A stretch of 13,414 bases of DNA from Pseudomonadota bacterium (GTDB taxonomy: Bacteria > Bdellovibrionota > FAC87 > UBA2466): NCBI GenBank assembly GCA_043767805.1, contig JAYUGC010000083.1:1-13414 (forward strand). The letters run 5' to 3'. This document shows positions 7,611 through 13,414 of the stretch, one piece after another. Numbering within the stretch: position 1 is the stretch's first letter; every line of letters starts with the position of its first letter. The notes beneath the pieces are model-generated. The model was not told where the DNA came from, did not search any database, and saw nothing but the letters and a program-made list of their open reading frames with translations. Made by a program: the position numbers and the translations under genes.

Positions 7611-7632
7611 ACCGTGGCGTCGGCGCCACGGT
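7611..7632. repeat. Perfect 9-bp inverted repeat downstream of the tRNA
   Basis: ACCGTGGCG-tcgg-CGCCACGGT, with no U-tract. Confidence 0.75.
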
Positions 7633-7636
7633 AGTC

Positions 7637-7900
7637 ATGGTCTCCCAGCGGATTAAGACTGGCTTCGCTCTAGTCTACCGCAAATATCAGCTCTCAAAGA
7701 TCGTAGAAGGGAGGACCGTGAAGCTCGGGACACCCGAAGCTGACAGCCTCGGAATTTTCCCGGGAATGAAGATTGAGGAAGCTAAGCAAGCCCTCGCTCT
7801 TGCCAGCGCCGACTCAAATGCGCGCTACCATGCCGAACGCAGACGCAAAATCCAAGAGCGACTTACCGAGCGGGAAGAGAGGACCACGGCGTGGTTACCA
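7637..7900 (+). pseudogene. Truncated N-terminal fragment of a tRNA-adjacent, possibly integrase-related protein, cut off by the IS relic
   Basis: MVSQRIKT...LGIFPGMKIEEAKQ...ERRRKIQERL...AWLP is plausible coding sequence up to 7900. Beyond that the track's 7577-8008 ORF reads out of frame through IS DNA. The integrase link rests on position and recalled resemblance only. Confidence 0.4.
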
Positions 7901-8141
7901 GGTGTCGAGATGGGACGTTCAAGAGGATTTGGCGCAAGTTTGATTGGTCAGAGGCATTTATCGATGGAAGTTTCGCTTCCGCTAAAAAGGGGAGTCTTGC
8001 GTTCGTAAGACTAAGAGGGGGAAAGGCTCAAAGTGGATAGCCATCGTTGATGGTCATGGATTAACTGCAGAGTATCAAATCGATCTCATCGCTCCAGAAA
8101 AGAAAAACCGCCGAAATTCATGGCAGGATGGGCGAAAGCTT
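7901..8141 (+). pseudogene. IS5-family (IS427-like) transposase relic with internal deletions and a -1 frameshift site
   Basis: Frame from 7903 reads CRDGTFKRIWRK/FDWSEAFIDGSFASAKK. After a -1 shift at AAAAAGGGG (7984-7992) it reads GESCVRKTKRGKGSKWIAIVDGHGL/TAEYQIDLIAPEKKNRRNSWQDGRKL. These match IS5 motifs in the expected order. Confidence 0.82.
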
Positions 8142-9644
8142 GCGCAGCCGTATGGCCAGATTTGTAGGAAGCGGGGTTTCCATCCTTATCAATTCGAGAC
8201 CGCTTTTCGCCCCGAGCCGCTCAAACCAGGCACGGGAATAGAGGTTAACGTTGAACCCTCCGCCCAGCCACTTCTCCAGTCGGTAGTATGTGCCGCCGAG
8301 CCCGATTCGGGGTGCAAGAATTAGAAGACTCCCGCCGGGGGTTACCAAAGAGGCCAGGCGCGAAAAGGCCGAGTCAGGATTACTGACAAAATCGAGGACG
8401 CCAGCACAGACCACCCAGTCGTAGGTATGGGACAGTGCGAGCGTGTCCAAGTCAGCCAGACGGGTCTCGTCGGCAATTCCCTCCACCTGTTTCAGCATTT
8501 TTGGGCAAATATCCACAGCGGTAACCCTAAGCCCAGCTTCTTTCGCCCTTCGCGTGTAGAAGCCTCCCCCACAACCGACGTCAATGAGGGTTTTACCGGT
8601 CGAAAATTCCTCAGCTAAACTCAGTACGGCATCTCGCTCGCGATTTCGAAAATAGGAAAGTATCCCCCGAGAGACATTCATTTCGTAACCGAGGACGGCT
8701 TTGTTTTGGTAGTAGCGGATGGCCTTGCCCTTATGCTCGAGAGAAATGCCGTTAGGCGCGCTTTCTCGCTTCGAAAGACGCCAAAGGAAGGCGAGGAAAA
8801 AAGGTGTGAAAATCTGCAACGCGTGATGGATGGCAGCGATAGTGAGCCCGGTTTCCCAAGTAAAACCGCTTTTCTGGAGACCGAGCGCGAGGCCTCCTTC
8901 GAAAACTCCCACGTTGGCCGGCAACACCGGGACGGCTATAGCCACGTTTAACAAGACTAGAGAACCTAGAGCCTGTCCAAGATCGAGTGTTCCACTATTT
9001 TTGGCTAGCGCTTGGAGGGCGAAGGCTTCCGCGATCCAAGCGAGAGCGGCAAACGTCAGTGCTACGGCTGCGGTGCGGGGGTTACGTAGCGGTAAAAGGC
9101 CTCTCAAAAGACCTTGGTATTTTTCCCACCACCGAGATCGGAGCACGAATAGAGGCAGTGCTAGTCCCCCAAGGGCAGCAGCGCCCAACAGGATTGTGTT
9201 CCCGGGGACTCCGCGGAGTGGCGCTATCAGAACGTCCGTCCCGAAGCACAGTCCCGCCAACAACACCAACGCAAGCACGTCGACAACACGATCCGACACC
9301 AGGCCGCCTACGACATAAGCCAATCCAGTTTTGCGAAGGCTGTAGGCTTTGAGCGCATCTCCGCCACGAAAGGGTACCCATCCATTCAAAGCCTGACCCC
9401 AAAAGTAGGCATGCGCAACGGTTCGAAAGGGAGGAGATTCACGGCGAGGCAATAAGGTAAAAAACCGCAAGGCCTGAAACAGAAGTTGCAGGCAGGAGAA
9501 AAATGAAGCGGCGAGAAGAGTGGTCACAGACGACAGTCCTTCGCCGTCAAATCGCTCTTCGACCCACTCGCTGGAGAAAAGACCCAGTGCGCCAACTGCG
9601 ACCAGGCAAGTGATTAACAAGAATACAATCCGTTTTACCGACAT
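8118..9644 (-). CDS. Fusion of a UPF0104/LPG-synthase-TM (flippase-like) membrane domain and a class I SAM-dependent methyltransferase (508 aa)
   Basis: N-part: QALRF, GQALNGWVPFRGGDALKAY, SDRVVDV, P.LPANVGVFE and many TM helices. C-part: motif I LIDVGCGGG, AVDI, YDWVVC, L.PGG.L. Start set at ATG 9644 (GGAG 6 nt upstream) rather than 9737. Confidence 0.85.
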   Translation of the reverse strand: MSVKRIVFLLITCLVAVGALGLFSSEWVEERFDGEGLSSVTTLLAASFFSCLQLLFQALRFFTLLPRRESPPFRTVAHAYFWGQALNGWVPFRGGDALKAYSLRKTGLAYVVGGLVSDRVVDVLALVLLAGLCFGTDVLIAPLRGVPGNTILLGAAALGGLALPLFVLRSRWWEKYQGLLRGLLPLRNPRTAAVALTFAALAWIAEAFALQALAKNSGTLDLGQALGSLVLLNVAIAVPVLPANVGVFEGGLALGLQKSGFTWETGLTIAAIHHALQIFTPFFLAFLWRLSKRESAPNGISLEHKGKAIRYYQNKAVLGYEMNVSRGILSYFRNRERDAVLSLAEEFSTGKTLIDVGCGGGFYTRRAKEAGLRVTAVDICPKMLKQVEGIADETRLADLDTLALSHTYDWVVCAGVLDFVSNPDSAFSRLASLVTPGGSLLILAPRIGLGGTYYRLEKWLGGGFNVNLYSRAWFERLGAKSGLELIRMETPLPTNLAIRLRKLSPILP

Positions 9645-9697
9645 TAGAACTCCACATCTTGGCCCCTCAAAAGGAGAGCCACTCGAAGACAGAAAGT

Positions 9698-9736
9698 ATT
9701 TTCGAAAATCACATTTGGAGAAATCGTATTTTAGCA
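9698..9736 (-). promoter_or_regulatory. Extended -10 promoter candidate with a downstream 12-bp palindrome (possible operator)
   Basis: Minus-strand TGCTAAAAT at 9736-9728 and perfect palindrome ATTTTCGAAAAT at 9698-9709, upstream of the fusion gene. Confidence 0.4.
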
Positions 9737-9779
9737 CACCGCAATTAAGAGACGCGTTGCACGGGAGAAAGGAGGGTGA

Positions 9780-9908
9780 TTACAAGAGCCCTTCATCCCG
9801 ATGCATACGCCGACGATCCTTCTTATACCGCCTATATATGTAGATTCCGGTTCCAAAGGCGGCCACCGTAACGGCGCCTTTTGTAACTATCGCGATAAAC
9901 GAGTTCAT
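9780..9908 (-). CDS. Small single-pass membrane protein, 42 aa (MNSFIAIVTKGAVTVAAFGTGIYIYRRYKKDRRRMHRDEGLL), absent from the ORF track
   Basis: Perfect AGGAGG (9922-9917) 8 nt before ATG 9908, TAA at 9782-9780. One hydrophobic segment followed by a strongly basic tail. Starts 57 nt after the cusA stop. Confidence 0.68.
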   Translation of the reverse strand: MNSFIAIVTKGAVTVAAFGTGIYIYRRYKKDRRRMHRDEGLL

Positions 9909-9965
9909 GGCGAAGGCCTCCTAGGCTTGAATCTTATGCAGACATTGTGCGGGGAAAGTGCGCTT

Positions 9966-12900
9966 TTAATGAACATCTTGCGGCGCGTGGAGGCTCGGGG
10001 CGGGAATGACCTTGCCTTCACGCATGGCAAAGTTCCACTTCCAGATATAAAAGACGACCGGATAGACAACGAGCTCAAGTAGGAAGCTTGTGACAAGCCC
10101 GCCAATCATGGGCGCTGCAATCCGTCTCATTACATCGCTGCCCGCACCCGAAGACCACATGATAGGCAGAAGGCCCATAAAAGCTGCCATAACAGTCATC
10201 AGCTTGGGGCGAATCCTTCTGACGGCCCCATGAATGATGGCGTCTGTAAGGTCTGCCTGGTTCCGCATGGTGCCAGCACGCACCTTCTCCTCAAAAGCCA
10301 GATCCAGATAGAGCAGCATGAAGACGCCGGTCTCAGCATCTAGGCCCATTAAGGCAATCATCCCCACCCACACTGCGATGGAAACGTGATAGCCGAGGAT
10401 GTAGAGAAGCCAAACGCTCCCGATAAGGGAAAAGGGAACGGCCAGCATGATGATTCCCGTCTTCACAACGGACTTTGTATTCATGTAGAGCAGTAACCCG
10501 ATGAGGAACAGGGTGAGAGGAAGAATTATCTTAAGACGTTCCTTTACCCGAATCATGTTCTCGTACTGGCCACTGAAGACCAGCGAATAGCCGGCCGGAG
10601 TCTTTACCCTCTCAGCCACTACTTTCTTAGCGTCCTTTACGTAGCTTCCGATGTCTCTGTCTGCGACGTCGATGTAAACGTAGCCAGCTAGCATTCCATT
10701 CTCATTACGGATCATCGCTGGACCCTGAACCATCTTGATGTCGGCAATCTGGGCCATGGGGACTTGGGCGCCACTCGAGGTGGGCACCAATACTCTTTTC
10801 AGGGACTCGATGTCGTCCCGAAACTCTCTCGAGTATCGAACGTTGATAGGATAGCGTTCCCGTCCTTCTATCGTTGTGGAGATGTTTTCACCCCCAACGG
10901 CTGAGCTAATTACTAATTGGGCGTCTTGAATGGAAATTCCATAGCGAGCGAGCTCGTCTCGATTTAGCGTGAAATCGAGGTAATACCCGTCTGCCGTACG
11001 TTCGGCGAAAACGTTGCGAGTGCCCGGAACGGCACGCATGACCGATTCAATCTGCTCGTTTATCTGTTGGATAACTTTTAGATCCGGGCCCAACACTTTA
11101 ATTCCGACCGGAGTACGAATGCCCGTCGAAAGCATATCGATCCGGTTCTTAATGGGCATCGTCCAGATGTTGGGAATCCCGGCAAACTTGAGCTTCTCAT
11201 TCATGGCACTTTGAAGCTCTTCGAAGGTACGGTGAGAGGGGAGAGCCCAAGTAAAAAGTGGGTGCAGGAAATGAGGAGCTTTGGAATACCAACGCGGTAC
11301 CTCGGGCCATTCATCAGTGGGTTTAAGAAGTACCGTGGTCTCGACCATGGAAAAAGGTGCGGGATCGGTGGAAGTATCCGCGCGGCCCGCTTTTCCAAAG
11401 ACAGTCTTGACCTCGGGAAAGCCTTTCAAGACTTGATCCTGAATCTGAAGGATTCTCTGAGACTCCGTTACGGACATACCTGGAAAGGCAGTCGGCATGT
11501 AGAGAAACGCCCCCTCATTGAGAGGGGGCATAAACTCCGAGCCCAGTTTTAGATAAGGAGGAATGATGGACAGAAGAAGAAGAACGGCAACTGCGATAGT
11601 CGCCTTCGCATGCTTAAGTACGAAATGAACGACAGGTTCATAGATACGAAATAGGACTCGGCTAATGGGATGTCGTTCTTCCGGATAGTACTTGCCCACG
11701 AGGCAATGATTCGCAATCCAGGCCAACCATCGTGGCTTAAACGTAAAAGGATCCATCCTCGTAAACAACATACGAAGCGCAGGATCGATGGTAATGGCTA
11801 GAATCGCTGCTAATGCCATCGCCAGCGTCTTCGAGATGGCAAGCGGACGGAAAAGACGACCCTCCTGGTCTACCAACGTAAATACCGGCAAGAAGGACAC
11901 TGAAATGACAAGCAGGGAGAAAAAGACAGAAGGACCTACTTCTTTGAGCGCCTCGAGCCGGATTTTGTGAAAGTCTCCCTTGCGACCGGTCGAATTCCAG
12001 ATCTCTAATTTCTTGTAAGCATTCTCTACCTCGACGATAGCCCCATCCACCAAGACGCCGATTGAGATGGCAATTCCCGCTAGTGACATGATGTTGGTGG
12101 TCACTCCAAGCAGGTACATGGGAATAAAGGCAAGGAGCACGGAGATAGGAATCGTGACTATGGGAATCGTGGCTGAGGGGATATGCCAAAGAAAAATCAA
12201 GATAACGAGGCTTACGATGATTACTTCGACCTTGAGCTCATGCTTAAGATTATCGATGGCCCGAGTAATCAGATCCGAACGGTCGTACGTGGGAACGATC
12301 CGAACACCGTTTGGCAGACTGGGTTTTAGTTCTTCTAGGCGGTGTTTCACTGCGTTGATGACGTTTAAGGCATTCTCTCCCTGCCTCATGACCACGATTC
12401 CGCCTACGGCGTCTCCCAAGCCATCGAGATCGCTTACGCCCCTTCTCATGTCAGGGCCCAACTCCACTCTCGCCAAGTGCTTTACGAGGATCGGAACGCC
12501 GGACTTTGCATCATTGGTGACCACTATCTTTTCTATGTCGCTTATGCTCTTTGCGTAGCCGCGGCCTCTGATCATGTATTCCGTACCGGAAAACTCGAGT
12601 ACGCGCCCACCGGTATCCTGATTTCCCATTCGTACGGCATTTACTAATTGGGTGAGCGACACCCCATAACCGGCGAGTCGGTTGGGGTCTATATTGATCT
12701 GATACTGTTTTACAAAGCCCCCGATGGAAGCGACTTCGGCTACGCCCGGGACAGACTGCAAATGGAACTTCAGGTTCCAGTCCTGAAGACTACGCAGTTG
12801 AGCGAGATTCAGCTGATTCGAATCGTCAACGAGAGCATATTGATAAACCCATCCGATGCTGGTGGCGTCCGGTCCGATTTCGGTCTGCACTCCTTGGGGA

Positions 12901-13259
12901 AGGCGGGCGAGGATCTTACTCAGATACTCCATTACCCGCGCACGGGCCCAGTAGAGGTCGGTTCCGTCTTCGAAGATTACATAAACGTAAGAAAATCCAA
13001 AGTCCGAGAACCCGCGCACAGCCTTGATTTTGGGAGCGCCCAGAAGGGCGGTGATGATCGGATAGGTCACCTGATCTTCAAGAATGTCCGGACTTCTATC
13101 CCACTTGGAATAAATGATCACTTGCGTGTCGGAGAGATCGGGTATGGCATCTAGAGGGATTCGCTGGATGGACCAAACAGCAAAGCCCATGGCCACGCCG
13201 CCGAAGATAAAGACGAGGAGCTTATTCTTGGCGCTCCACTCGATGATCTTGCCGATCAT
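9966..13259 (-). CDS. cusA: CusA/SilA-type heavy-metal (Cu+/Ag+) RND efflux permease
   Basis: PLDAIPDLSDTQVII, EDQVTYP, GPDAT..GWVYQY, IGVLVDGAIVEVEN, RIRPKLMT and IAAPMIGG. Met-triad equivalents are present (FLYMP, APFSMVET, NRIDMLSTG). Confidence 0.96.
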   Translation of the reverse strand: MIGKIIEWSAKNKLLVFIFGGVAMGFAVWSIQRIPLDAIPDLSDTQVIIYSKWDRSPDILEDQVTYPIITALLGAPKIKAVRGFSDFGFSYVYVIFEDGTDLYWARARVMEYLSKILARLPQGVQTEIGPDATSIGWVYQYALVDDSNQLNLAQLRSLQDWNLKFHLQSVPGVAEVASIGGFVKQYQINIDPNRLAGYGVSLTQLVNAVRMGNQDTGGRVLEFSGTEYMIRGRGYAKSISDIEKIVVTNDAKSGVPILVKHLARVELGPDMRRGVSDLDGLGDAVGGIVVMRQGENALNVINAVKHRLEELKPSLPNGVRIVPTYDRSDLITRAIDNLKHELKVEVIIVSLVILIFLWHIPSATIPIVTIPISVLLAFIPMYLLGVTTNIMSLAGIAISIGVLVDGAIVEVENAYKKLEIWNSTGRKGDFHKIRLEALKEVGPSVFFSLLVISVSFLPVFTLVDQEGRLFRPLAISKTLAMALAAILAITIDPALRMLFTRMDPFTFKPRWLAWIANHCLVGKYYPEERHPISRVLFRIYEPVVHFVLKHAKATIAVAVLLLLSIIPPYLKLGSEFMPPLNEGAFLYMPTAFPGMSVTESQRILQIQDQVLKGFPEVKTVFGKAGRADTSTDPAPFSMVETTVLLKPTDEWPEVPRWYSKAPHFLHPLFTWALPSHRTFEELQSAMNEKLKFAGIPNIWTMPIKNRIDMLSTGIRTPVGIKVLGPDLKVIQQINEQIESVMRAVPGTRNVFAERTADGYYLDFTLNRDELARYGISIQDAQLVISSAVGGENISTTIEGRERYPINVRYSREFRDDIESLKRVLVPTSSGAQVPMAQIADIKMVQGPAMIRNENGMLAGYVYIDVADRDIGSYVKDAKKVVAERVKTPAGYSLVFSGQYENMIRVKERLKIILPLTLFLIGLLLYMNTKSVVKTGIIMLAVPFSLIGSVWLLYILGYHVSIAVWVGMIALMGLDAETGVFMLLYLDLAFEEKVRAGTMRNQADLTDAIIHGAVRRIRPKLMTVMAAFMGLLPIMWSSGAGSDVMRRIAAPMIGGLVTSFLLELVVYPVVFYIWKWNFAMREGKVIPAPSLHAPQDVH

Positions 13260-13414
13260 TTGCCGTTGCCCTTAGTTTGGGGTGGACCTTCGGCTTGGGA
13301 CTTCGCGTTCTGCAAAACTCCCCTCAGTCGTGATTCCGAATCGATCAGAAAGTTGGCGGACGTGACTACTGTTTCCCCGGCAGCCAGTCCTGCGGCCACC
13401 TCGTATAGCTCGTG
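13256..13414 (-). CDS. cusB: C-terminal 52 aa of a CusB-type RND periplasmic adaptor (partial)
   Basis: HELYEVAAGLAAGETVVTSANFLIDSESRLR...GK* carries the CusB-type FLIDSES motif. ATGA overlap with cusA. Confidence 0.88.
   Translation of the reverse strand, partial: HELYEVAAGLAAGETVVTSANFLIDSESRLRGVLQNAKSQAEGPPQTKGNGK

Larger units (their letters stand above)
7575..13414. mobile_element. Probable decayed genomic island abutting the tRNA-Glu 3' end and extending beyond the window
   Basis: Composition and codon-usage change after the tRNA (judged by eye, more A/T-ending codons), a truncated ORF plus IS relic at the edge, and typical accessory metal-efflux cargo. No second att copy is visible in the window. 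Confidence 0.6.

Noticed and set aside
7577..8008. 143-aa ORF as an intact gene
   Set aside because: The TTG start abuts the tRNA end with no SD, and the last 35 or so codons are out-of-frame IS sequence, so it is a chimera.
9645..9737. N-terminal extension of the 539-aa ORF
   Set aside because: The upstream GTG sits in the promoter-like motif and lacks a good SD. ATG 9644 has GGAG and begins the first TM segment.
9801..10082. 93-aa plus-strand ORF
   Set aside because: Overlaps the cusA end in antisense and has no SD. The minus-strand 42-aa ORF is much better supported.
1..13414. CRISPR array, rRNA, intact IS with terminal inverted repeats, second att copy
   Set aside because: None seen by eye. 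No regularly spaced repeats and no duplicate of the tRNA 3' end within the window.

Overview
The window has two parts. Positions 1-7574 are a GC-rich bacterial core region. On the minus strand lie comEC, a TPR protein gene, efp and the start of an unidentified ORF. On the plus strand, transcribed divergently, lie rplU-rpmA-obgE-nadD, a 62-aa hypothetical gene, queC overlapping a DUF366-like gene, and tRNA-Glu(UUC). The proteins suggest a Bdellovibrionota/'Deltaproteobacteria'-like organism, which is an inference. After the tRNA the sequence is visibly less GC-rich and looks like the edge of a decayed tRNA-anchored island. It holds a truncated, possibly integrase-related ORF fused to an internally deleted IS5-family transposase relic that keeps its AAAAAGGGG -1 frameshift site. 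Minus-strand cargo follows: the cusB 3' end, cusA (Cu/Ag RND pump), a 42-aa single-pass membrane ORF missing from the ORF track, and a UPF0104 flippase-like/SAM-methyltransferase fusion whose stop codon lies inside the IS relic. The most interesting items are the queC-DUF366 pair, the small membrane ORF behind cusA, the fusion protein and the IS relic. All family calls come from motif recognition; no searches were run.
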